From Yuukianura sp. NJ FZ-2021 (lineage: Eukaryota): a stretch of 64,000 nucleotides of DNA. The position numbers were made by a program, and so were the translations under genes. The notes under the pieces were generated by a model that did not search any database, was not told where the DNA came from, and saw only the letters and a list, made by a program, of their open reading frames with translations. The stretch is from assembly GCA_046563655.1 (NCBI GenBank), contig CM102285.1:3596001-3660000 (forward strand), read 5' to 3'. Below are positions 40,467 through 51,566 of the stretch, piece after piece (within the stretch, counting starts at the first letter, position 1; each line of letters opens with the position of its first letter).

Positions 40467-43400
40467 TTAGTAGTCCTTATCCCGACACCAAACGGCCTCC
40501 CCCATGTTGCTCACGTATCGAATCCACTGATTCAGTTCTGCCGCCATGTGAGTTAACAAGAGAAAAGAAACATGGAAAAGACATTAAACTTTTTTCAAAG
40601 TTATTTCAATGGAACGAGCATATCTTATATCCAGAGATTACAACTTACCTGACACTCTTTGGTAAACGCCAGGAGAGTTCTTGTTGGCACATCCCTCACC
40701 TGTCCAGAACGAAATGCATAAGAAACTTTAGACACTTGAAACTTCAAATTAGCATTCAAGTTTCAAAATTTCAAAATTTACCCCAGGATACCGTTCCCAA
40801 AATCATCCAAACTTGAGGAGCCTTTAACGAGACGAGTGGCCCACCGGAGTCGCCTTTGCAACTATCCTTCCCGCCTTCACGAAATCCAGCGCACATCATT
40901 CTGCGTGAAACTCGTTCGTCAAAGAAACTCTTGCATTCGGCCGTAGAAAATACTGACACGTTCAGTTTTTGCAGAATTCCCATCGTGCTTGTTGCATCTT
41001 GCGACCCCAGACCCCAACCTAAAACAGTAAGAATTGCGGTAAAAAACCGAATTTTTGCAATCCGAAATGCCTTTTGAGCAAATTCCCGCCGTTTTCATTT
41101 TCAAAATCCAGAAGCGACGAACAATTTTTAATAATCATCGTTAAATTTGTGTTGATTTACCAGCAACGATGGCTTGAACATTTTCGTACGTCTTGTTGAA
41201 GTCTCCTAAACTGGGCATACACGCTGGCATAATGAACTTGTAGTTTTGGAAGTCAATTTTTTCTTTGAGTCTGATCAGAGCCACCTAGGGGTCCACAAAA
41301 AATAGAGTTAGAGTTCATTTTTTTATGTTACAGAGGTCAGAGGTCAAACGCACGTCGTAATCATTAGTCTGCCGCACGTAGAGTGGATGAATATAATACT
41401 TGTCCACGTCATATCGAACTGCTTGGTCATCGACATCCTGATCATGGATCATTTGCAAACGCGCTTGGGTGGTTTTTTCAGCCTCCGAGCCCTCTCCTGC
41501 CGTTCCTTCAGTCGTTGTCAAGTCCAGTTTCCAACCGTGAATCAAAACTTGAAAGTTTTTGATCTTGACATACGGTCCCTTGAAGCAGTGCTGTCAAGTA
41601 TTAATTGAGATGAAATTCAATTCGAGGTGGATCCAATTCATACAACAAGAAAAGTTAAGGAGTGGAACTAGGGCATCCAAGTCCGGACCTTTTCAAAAAA
41701 GTCCGGACTTCGAACCTAGCGGACTTAGCCTGACGAAAGTCCGGACTTTTCGGACTTCGGACTTCAAACCTAATACGAAATATCTGAACCAAAACTGCGT
41801 CAATTTTGTTCGCCGGTTTTTGTTAACAAACATTGTTCTGGAAATGTGTGTTAAAGAAAGAGAGAATATCCAGAGTATCATCGTTTCAGCTGGCCCTAAC
41901 CTTGGCACAAAGATATCCCGGAGCGGAAAATACTGTTCCGATTCTACACTTATCGGTGGGATACATTTAAGGTGGCGATAGCACAAGCTGAGATGGACTT
42001 CTCGGTTGCCATTCTAGTTTTCGTTGGAGTAGCAAAAATGTCGCCAAAATCGTTGTCCATTTTTCCCAAATGCAGATATTGTAATATCCCAGAATAATAT
42101 TTTTCGTCGCTCTTGAATTCGTAGTTGGCAATTGAAATTCGGCAAATTGCCAGCGAGGTTGCTGGGTCGAAGTCAGGGATTGATTTAAAGCAGGTTAATT
42201 AAATCCTTGATTTAATCAATTGATTTTTTTTTTGAAAAAATCAATGATTAAATCAAGTACCCAAAATTCACCCAAATTTGCCTATTTTGAGCAAAATTTC
42301 GCAAAATCCTACAATTTTTCGTGAACAGTTCTAGCTTTATCGTTTCTAGTTTTTTAAAACAACGAATTTTACATTTTTATCAAAATAACACTCAACTAAA
42401 CTGATGATGTATCATCTAAGAATATTTCGTCCTTGCAAAATTGTAATTAATTTTCACTTTTCTCGGTCTTAAGCGTGCAAAATTGTGTATTTGATTTAAA
42501 GCAAAAATAATCTTGATTAAATCAAAAAATCATGATTTTTGATTTTAAAAAAAAAACGAAAAAAAATCAGCAACCCTCCCTGGTCGAAGTCCCTCTTCTT
42601 CAGAGGCAACTCTGTCCTCTCTGGAGGGGTGATCTCTTGCACATTCTGACGATTTTTCGAATCTTTGCAATGAGCAGGACAACACGGTTTTTCGAGAATG
42701 GTACAATTTAAATTTTACGCGCAATAAAAATTATTTTTTGTGTCGTATTCTCCGATTCCGAATTTGTTCCATATTTTCAATCTGAGTCCGCACTTTCTGC
42801 AGTTGAGTCCGCGGACTCGGACCCAAAGTTTAAAAAAAAAGTCCGGACTAGTCCGGACTTAAAGTCCGGACTTGGATGCCCTAAGTGGAACACAAAAAAA
42901 AAAAATGAAATTTCGTATCTAGAATAATAATTGAATCAAAACTTACTGCAGCAGTGAGGATGAACCGGTCATTGATAACTGCGTAGAACATTAAAAAAGC
43001 AAGAATATTACAACAAACCGGAATCCGGAAAGAATTAGCAATTAACAAAATATTTAACTGAAAGGATAATAAATTGATTTGGAAATGACGATCTTAGGTA
43101 ACCTGTTCCGCCACAGTAAGGTTGACGAGTATTTGCTGCAACGAGGGCAACAATCCACGGAAACTCTCCCCGTTTTGCATCTTCTCCACCGACAATTCGA
43201 TCTCCATTCTATGAAATTTCAAAAAAAAATTATGAAAATTAAAGTTTTAGTTTCTTACAAAAAAAAACTGTACCGGTTTTCTGCCGCAGTTGCAGAATTC
43301 GTCCCGCTCAGGCTCGTAATTATCTTCCAGAACTTTTGCAGTCGCTTGCGCTTCTGGCAAAACACAAGTTGCGCTGCATTTGAATCCACGTCCAGGCACG

Positions 43401-44106
43401 GAACCATCATTTCCCTTCTTCGAGATGAAGGTGATGTACATGTCACGAAGCGCATGCTTTGTCGTAAGATTCACTGGACCGGTACTTCCACAAAATCGCT
43501 GGTAGCCTCCAGATCCATCAGTGACTTCTAAGTGCTCATCGGCACAATCTTCTGATCCCGGTGGATTAGGAGCAAGTTTGAATTTCTTACAATGCAAAAC
43601 CGGCAGACAAGTGTCAGTACCCTACAAAGTTATGGACAAAATACAAGTAAAGTGACATCAAAATTTGCAAAAGTTCAAAATGACGCATACAATTATGTCC
43701 CAATGACAACGGGCTTTTGGTAGCGCCAAGGCATCTTCTGAGGGTTCTATGATGACTGGTTTCCGGAAAGGAGTGATAAATGCGGACTCTGTGCATTCAT
43801 TGCTGAAACCTCCTGTGTATTGGCCTTTCAAAAAAACCATTGATTAATTAAAATACTTCAGGAATACATTTATTAAAAAACACGAAAAATATTTACCATC
43901 TGCATTTGCTTCAACAAGGTTAGACTCCTTGAATCAAATTTTAAAATTTTACAATTTCGAAAACGTCAAAAGTACTTATTTAGTTCAGAATTTCTTACGG
44001 TGCCTTCTCTTTTGACTAAAGTCTTCTTTGTGTAGCGGAGGCCATAAGAAAAAGTTGTAGGCAAAAATATTAAAATTGAAAACGCCAAAAAGTACATAGC
44101 TGCCAT
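40467..44106 (-). CDS. Secreted CUB-domain trypsin-like serine protease, paralogue A (11 exons, ~492 aa)
   Basis: Exons 44106-43999, 43927-43897, 43824-43691, 43621-43274, 43208-43103, 42978-42947, 41590-41354, 41284-41161, 41018-40782, 40699-40649, 40537-40467 join in frame with GT-AG ends. Signal peptide MAAMYFLAFSILIFLPTTFS, CUB-like segment (CHWDI...DCADEHLEV...RFCG...GFKC), activation site DR|IVGG, triad TAAHC / DYDVAL / GDSGGP, S1 Asp (KDSCKG). AATAAA on the - strand at ~40362-40367. Confidence 0.92.
41669..42883. mobile_element. hAT-type MITE (1215 bp) in an intron of protease A
   Basis: 20-bp TIR TAGGGCATCCAAGTCCGGAC / GTCCGGACTTGGATGCCCTA, perfect 8-bp TSD AGTGGAAC (41661-41668 and 42884-42891), multiple subterminal GTCCGGAC palindromes, no transposase ORF. 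Confidence 0.92.
42174..42582. mobile_element. hAT-type MITE (409 bp) nested inside the 41669-42883 element
   Basis: CAGGG...CCCTG ends, perfect 8-bp TSD GTCGAAGT (42166-42173 and 42583-42590), subterminal GATTTAAAGCA / GATTAAATC repeats. Confidence 0.85.
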
Positions 44107-44291
44107 GATGCACGTCGTTGCTAAAACGAATTCGGGGAACCGAAGAAAAGACGCTGTAAACTAATTTCCTACACTGTTTTACTACACGATAAATAGGTTA
44201 ACTGCAGGTAATAATTATCCATATGATACAAATCAAAGCTGGTGGTAATATGCATATGTTTAACTACTTCCGCAGTATAAAATACAGAATT

Positions 44292-46936
44292 TCAGGACAA
44301 AGTAGATGCTTTCGATTTAACTATCGGTCTTTCGCACCAAACGGCGTCGTTCATGTTGGACTGATGATGAAGCCACTGAGAAACTTCTGCAAATTAAAAA
44401 AAAAAAGTATGCGTTTAAGACTTATAATTCCAAACTTAAAATTGTACAGGTAAACACGAATTCGGAGAGGTCAACTCACCTGTCGTTCTGATATAGGCTC
44501 CCGGATTATTTAGTTCAGCGCATCCTTCTCCCCATGAAACGCTTCCGATTTGTTGCCATACATGACGTGAATCTTCCAGAATTAGCGGTCCACCACTGTC
44601 ACCCATGCAAGAGTCACGCCCACCTTCAAAGTACCCTGCGCACATCATTCTTCTATTGATTCGATGTGCATAAGTGTCTTTGCATTGTTTTGGTGTGTAA
44701 ACTGTGACATTTAGCTTCTGCAAAAGTCCGTGTGTACCCAAAGTTTCCGCACCGCCAAGACCCCAACTGAAAGTCAGTTTCGCAAACATTTGAGAAATAA
44801 CAATTTGATATGTTACAAACATTTTAGAACTCACCCCGCAACAATGGCTTGCCTCGTCGCGAAAGTACGAAGGTAACTTCCAAGTTTTGGTAAACAAACT
44901 GGGCTGAGCTGCGGATACTTCTGAAAGTCAATTGGTTCAGATAGCCTCACGATTGCCACGTCAAAGTCATTTGTGTTAGCGACGTAGAGGGGATGAATAA
45001 CAACTTCCTCGATTTCAAAACGAACAGATCCATTACCACTATCCAGTGCTTTTATGGTGGATTCATCATAAAATCTTGGCGTTGGTTTTGCACTTTCACT
45101 GTTTTAAAAAAAATAATTTGAAACCAACGACTTCGGACGTCAACGTTATTTTGATAACGCGTCATTGATAATAGCATTTCAAGAATCGTCTTACTTGTAC
45201 ATGCCGAGATTGGGGGTGACGTCCAACTGGTGACCACCTAAAACGATCTCCAGGTTTGCGACTTGAAGATAATCACCTTTGAAGCAGTCTACAAACAAGG
45301 CTTTGATTAGCTTTCATATTATACTGGAACTGATGCTTTGAACACAGAAGATTGGTTTACGAGCAGCAGTAAGGAGTGAGCGATCATTGATGATAGAGGC
45401 TCCGCAGAATGGTTGCCTGAAAATTAAAAATTTTGTAAAATTAAGTTTCAGTTTTTTGGCACAAACTGATTTTTTTAGCATTAAAAAAATTCAACTGTAT
45501 TTACCTCGTTTTAGCTTTCACCAAAGCCGCAATCCAAGGAAATTCCTGTTTCGTTGCATTCTCTCCGTTTACAATAAAATCTTGATTCGGACGTTTACCA
45601 CATTCTAAAACAACGCGAAAAAGAAAATCAACGCTTAGGTAGGTTAGAAATTTGCAGATTGGAACTTACGACATAAAGAATTCACGTTTGGCTCAAATGA
45701 TTTTTTTAAAGGAGTGCCAGTATCTAAATTATACCGAGACGTATATTATTTCCTATTGGGCAAAAGTTTTGCAACAAAACCACACAAAACAAATTGGACT
45801 CACTTCGGTTGGAGCAAGTAACTGTACAATGGAACTTCGAAATATGCTGTGATTCGGATTGATGTGCTTTGTACTTAATGTAAAGGTCGCGCAGTCCTCC
45901 ATGCGCTGAAATTCCATTCGGTCCGGTTTTTCCACAGAGTCTTTCAAATCCATAACTGCCGTCTCGAACTTCCAAAGAGTCTTGACATTGTCCAGGTTGG
46001 CCAGTCAGGTTGAAGAAGTCGCAGGTCAGATGTGGAATGCACGGTACAGTACCCTATACAGTTTGAAAAAAAAACTTCAAAGAACAGTGGCCTTAGCATC
46101 TTTAAACTTACAGTAACAAAAATTAACATGCTTACAACAAAATTCCAACTACACGTACGATCCTTGCGTGAACCGACGGAACCGTTGGCTGATATTTTAA
46201 TGTCCTTCGCATACGGTGACATGTAGTATGTTCGAGTACAATCTTCCTCCGTAGTATTCGGCTCCTGTCCTAATTTAAAAAAAAATATTAGAATTGAAAA
46301 AGTTCTTCCGATATCGAAAATGAAAAAAAAAGTTAGAAATACAGGTGAACCTGGCAGAAATCTTTTCAACTTAACAATGGGATTAAGCATATTCTGAAAA
46401 TAATAAAACTTGTTAGACTCATCTGAAATGCAAAATGGCGGCAGAAATACTTAAATATCATTCAGTTTAAATTAATTGCTTTCATGTTAATTGGTTACCT
46501 GAAGTCCAAGAAACCCACCAACTCCTCCGCCTTTTTTCTTTTTTTCGGGTTCAGCAGCTCCGACAGATCGACTACTTTTGGGTCTTTTTGAAGTTGTTGC
46601 TGGTGTTGGCGTTTGTTCGGATTGCACCGAGGATGTCCGCAAAATGTCTGATATGTCTATTTTATCAGCACCAGTATTACCTTCGGACTGTGCTGATATC
46701 GGTACATACTTTGCCTGTTCATTAAAAGGCTCAAGGTCAAAATAAAAATGTCTTCAATTTTACTGAATTACTAATATTCTGTTGCTGTAGTATAATTATT
46801 CAAAAACTTGTTTTACATTGATAAAGTTTAGGATATCAGCCGGTATTGGGGATGCATTTGAATATACAAATCCAAAATGCACAACTCCTAAAATTGGTAA
46901 GAATAGCCGAAATACAGCTAGTTGTTTCACCTCCAT
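44292..46936 (-). CDS. Secreted CUB-domain trypsin-like serine protease, paralogue B (12 exons, ~570 aa)
   Basis: Exons 46936-46817, 46714-46499, 46393-46351, 46269-46136, 46053-45804, 45723-45670, 45604-45505, 45416-45361, 45288-45195, 45098-44835, 44766-44480, 44386-44292 join in frame. Hydrophobic N-terminus MEVKQLAVFRLFLPILGVVHFGFVYS, CUB segment (CSWNFV...CQDSLEVRDG...LCG), DF|IVNG, TAAHC, DFDVAI, RDSCMGDSGGP. Confidence 0.9.
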
Positions 46937-47203
46937 CTTGTCACCTTCAACTGTACTTGCAAAGTAAGCTGCAAGAAGCTAACTTAAAACTATTTAGTCG
47001 AATCGGAAATGAAAAGGAAGGCTCATGTCGTAAAGAGTCCGTGCGTAGTGATTGACCTTGCTAGACTTAGAATTCGCCAAAGTCTTGTTTAAACAGCCTC
47101 CTAACTCGACAAATTTTTAAAAACAAAAGAACATAAAACTAACTTAAGCAGCTGGATTTTGGATTCTGACCAAAAGAACTTCATAATAATTTTATTACTC
47201 TCC

Positions 47204-47262
47204 AATTTCGCCTTTCTACTAATTTGCCCCATCTATACATCTTCTCCACTGTTTCATTAATA
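47204..47262 (-). pseudogene. Short remnant of the Cdt1 3' end between proteases B and C
   Basis: GCCTTTCTA...CATCTTCTCCACTGTTTCATTAATA matches the Cdt1 terminal coding sequence at ~55524-55569, and lies next to sequence matching the Cdt1 3' flank. Confidence 0.65.
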
Positions 47263-47687
47263 GCAAGGTTGTATGAAGTTTCCAATTGTACTTTCCCGTT
47301 AACTTTCCGCTTTTGACTTTGAAAGGGGAAAGTAAAAGTGAAACTTCAGTTGTATAGAGTTCGAAGTTTCACTTTCCGTTTTGCCAGACTTAAGGAACTC
47401 CGGTTGAGGTAAGGTTTATCGAGTGCCATTATAGCCGCAAGGTATAACCGCCAGCGGCCATCTTGGGTGGCTACAGTGACAGTCATTTGGAGTCATCAAT
47501 GCCCCTCCATACACGATGAACGTCGTTGCTAAAACGGAATCGGTGGAACAAAAAAAAGACACTGCGAACCACTCTGGTACTTTTTTACTATTCAACAAAT
47601 AGGTTAATTGCTGCGAATAGTTACTATGATATACATTTAAACTAGTGCATAACTTAAAGTACTTCCACGGTATAAAATTATAGAATT

Positions 47688-50269
47688 TCAGGACACAGTG
47701 GTTACTTTCGGTTTAACAGTCGGCCTTTCGCACCAAACGGCGTCGTTCATGTTAGACTGATGATGAAGCCACTGAGAAACTTCTGCAAATTAAAAAACAA
47801 AAGTATGCGTTTAAGACTTATAATTCCAAACTTAAAATTGTACAGGTAAACACGAATTCGGAGAGGTCAACTCACCTGTCGTTCTGATATAGGCTCCCGG
47901 ATTATTTAGTTCAGCGCATCCTTCTCCCCATGAAACGCTTCCGATTTGTTGCCATACATGACGTGAATCTTCCAGAATTAGCGGTCCACCACTGTCACCC
48001 ATGCAAGAGTCACGCCCACCTTCAAGGTACCCTGCGCACATCATTCTTCTGTTGACTCGATGCGCATAAGTGTCTTTGCATTGTTTTGGTGTGTAAACTG
48101 TGACATTCAGCTTCTGCAAAAGTCCGTGTGTACCCAAAGCTTCCGCACCGCCAAGACCCCAACTGAAAGTCAGTTGCACAAACATTTGAGAAATGAGGAA
48201 ATGACAATTAAAAATACTTCTGAATTCACAAAGTAATAATATACCATTTGATATTTTACACAAATTTTAGAACTCACCCCGCAACAATGGCTTGCTTGGT
48301 TGCAAAAGTACGAAGGTAACTTCCCAGTTTTGGTAAGCAGACAGGGCTGAGCTGCGGATACTTCTGAAAGTCAATTGGTTCGGATAGCCTCACGATTGCC
48401 ACGTCAAAGTCATTTGTGTTAGCGACGTAGAGGGGATGAATAACAACTTCCTCGATTTCAAAACGAACAGATCCATTACCACTATCCAGTGCTTTTATGG
48501 TGGATTCATCATAAAATCTTGGCGTTGGTTTTGCACTTTCACTGTTTTAAAAAAAAATAATTTGAAACCAAGGACTTCGGACGTCAACGTTATTTTGATA
48601 ACGCGTCATTGATAATAGCATTTCAAGAATCGTCTTACTTGTACATGCCGAGATTGGGAGTGACGTCCAACTGGTGACCACCTAAAACGATCTCCAGGTT
48701 TGCGACTTGAAGATAATCACCTTTGAAGCAGTCTACAAACAAGGCTTTGATTAGCTTTCATATTAATTGGAACTGATGCTTTGAACACAGAAAATAGACT
48801 TACGAGCAGCAGTGAGGAGTGAGCGATCATTGATGATAGAGGCGCCGCAGAATGGTTGCCTGAAAATTAAAAATTTTGTAAATTAAGTTTCAGTTTTTTG
48901 GCACAAACTGATTTTTTTAACATTAAAAAAATTCAACTGTATTACCTCGTTTTAGCTTTCACCAAAGCCGCAATCCAAGGAAATTCTTGTTTCGTTGCAT
49001 TCTCTCCGTTTACAATAAAATCCTGATTTGGACGTTTACCACATTCTAAACACAAAAAAAAAATTAATATTTAGTTTGAAATTGAACGGGTTAAGCTCTT
49101 ACGACATAGAGAATTCACGTTTGGCTCAAATGCTTTTTCCAAAGGAGTTCCAACATCTAAATCAAACCAAGCCAATTATTATTTCCTATTGGCGAAAACC
49201 ACATACCTAAAAAGAATTTGTATACTCACTTCGGCTGGAGCAAGTGACTTTACATTGGAACTTTGAAAGGCTGTGTGATTCGGATTGATGTGCTTTGTAC
49301 TTTATGTAAAGGTCACGCAGTCCTCCATCAGCTGAAATCTCTTTCGGTCCGGTTTTTCCACAGAATTTTTGAAATCCATAATTGCCGTCACGAACTTCCA
49401 AAGAGTCTTGACATTGTCCAGGTTGACCAGCCAGGTTGAAGGAGTCGCAGGTTAGACGTGGAATACACGGTTCAGTACCCTATACAGTTTGAAGAAAAAC
49501 TTCGAATAACACTAGCATCAACATCTTTAAACTAAAAACAACAAAAATTAATACACTTACAATAAAATTCCAGCTACAAGTACGATCTTTGCGTGAACCG
49601 ACAGAACCGTTGGCTGAGATTGTGATGTCCTTCGCGTACGGTCCCATGTAATATGTTCGAGTGCACTCGTCCGTAGTATTCTGCTCTTGTCCTAATTTAA
49701 AAACAAACATTTGAATTAAAAAAGTTCTTCATACGATGAAAATGACAGAGAATTTAGGAATCCCGGCGGACCTGGCGGGAATCTCCTCAGTTTAATAATG
49801 GGGTTGAGCATATTCTGAAAATAACAAAACTTGTTAGACGCATCTGGAGTGAAAAATGGCGGCAGAAATACTGAACTATCATTAAGTTTAAATTAATTCC
49901 TTTCATGTTAATTGGGTACCTCAAGTCCAATAAACCCGCCAACTCCGCCGCCTTTCTTCTTTTTTTCGGGTTCAGCAGCTCCGACGGATCGAGAGCCCGA
50001 TTTTCTTCTTCCCGCTTGTGGTTCTTGCGGTTCGTCCCCACTCGCCCAACTCGAAGTTCCCTGTTGAGGGAAACTTTCAAGGTCAAAATATAAATTTTTC
50101 AAATTTTACCAAATTATTAATTGAATTTGTTTACCAAAACCCCGGTAACACTTCCCAGGTCCAGCCCGAACGGTGAGTTTGCAAATGCGTTAGAATATAC
50201 ACATCCAAAATACACAACTCCCAAAACTTGCAAGAATAGTCGAAATACAGCTAGTCGTTTCACCTCCAT
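47688..50269 (-). CDS. Secreted CUB-domain trypsin-like serine protease, paralogue C
   Basis: Same 12-exon layout as paralogue B. Starts MEVKRLAVFRLFLQVLGVVYFG, has DF|IVNG and an intact triad (GDSGGP in ORF 47832-48263), and ends ...AVWCERPTVKPKVTTVS*. Confidence 0.88.
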
Positions 50270-50619
50270 CTTCTCAATTTAAAATCTACTTGCTAAGTAA
50301 GCTACAAGAAGGTAAGTTAAAACTTGTACCACAGAGTGCAGAAAAAAAGGCTCGTGTTCTAAAGAATCCGCGCGTAGTAAATGACCTTGCTTTCAGAATA
50401 CACGAAGGTCTTACGTAGACAGCCTCCTAATTCGACAAATTTTTAAAAACAAAAGAGCATAAAATCAAGTTAAAAAGCAGCGGGATGTCGGATTTTGAAC
50501 AAAAGAACTTAATAATAATTGCTCTCCACTGAAATTAAATTACAATTAAATCCACACGGGATGTTGGAAAAAAATTCGAACGAATAAGAGCCCAAGAAAA
50601 ACACTGGGAATGATAAATC

Positions 50620-51172
50620 AGAATGAAAGGTATTTTGCCTTCCTAATAATTTTCTCCATCTTCTCCACTGTTTCGTTAATATTCTTATCCATAATAATTT
50701 TTTACAAATTCTCCTTGCGTCATTTTCAGGATCAACAGCCAATCAGGAGCAGTCTTGTGGATGAACCGAAGATGAGCGTCCATTTCACCTTGAAAGGAAG
50801 TAAAGGAAGGAAGTAACGGTGGTGAAAACGGAGTAACGGAGTGAAAACGAAAAGAAAAACAATTAATCTTGTTCCAAAATTTTGAAAACTCGGAGAATTT
50901 TTGAACTTACGTTGAACAAATTCATATAACGTTAATGACGATTTAGGAAAAAGCTACTGTGTGACAATTCTTTGTACTGACTGTGAAAGAGCCTTCCACG
51001 ATGACATCTTAGAATAGCTTAGAGCTAGAACAGATTTCTTCTCTGCCGCCACCATCGTGTTACGCACAATCTTAATAAATTGCGGAATTCTATTCAGCAT
51101 TGCCTGCTGCTAGCTTTCCTGTGGAGTCAACGTCTTACAACGAATGGCTTTTTCCTGTTCTCGAGCACGGAT
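50620..51172 (-). pseudogene. Degenerate duplicate of the last two Cdt1 exons
   Basis: Colinear with 55517-55988 (IRAREQEKAIRC...; AHLR...PDWL). It has an in-frame TAG after PQES, indels and a lost stop codon. The upstream Cdt1 intron is also copied to ~51308. Confidence 0.88.
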
Positions 51173-51566
51173 CTGAAAATAAAATTTTGAATTTGGGCCA
51201 ATTAAATTAGTTTTCCTCCCAAAATACAACATGTTGAACTACAATCGCTTGAAACAGCAAAAGTTCTACAATTGGCTAATTTGCATCATGAGAAAACAAA
51301 GTGGTCTAAGCATCGCACCAGGAAAATTTGTTGACAAAATATTAAAATTGAAAACACGAAAACGTATAGAGCTGCCATGATGCTTGTCGTTGCTTAAAAC
51401 TGATTCGGTGGAACAAAAAAAAAAGACGCTGGAACCTAGTTCCCTCTACAGTTTTACTGAACAATAAATACGTTAGTACTGCTAACAATTAGGAATATGG
51501 TGTATATCAAAACAAGTAATAATATGTATAGATTTAAGTACTTCCGCAGTATAAAATAATAGAAGT

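Noticed and set aside
41559..41986. ORFs overlapping the large MITE as a transposase
   Set aside because: Short, built partly from subterminal repeats, and with no hAT transposase motifs.
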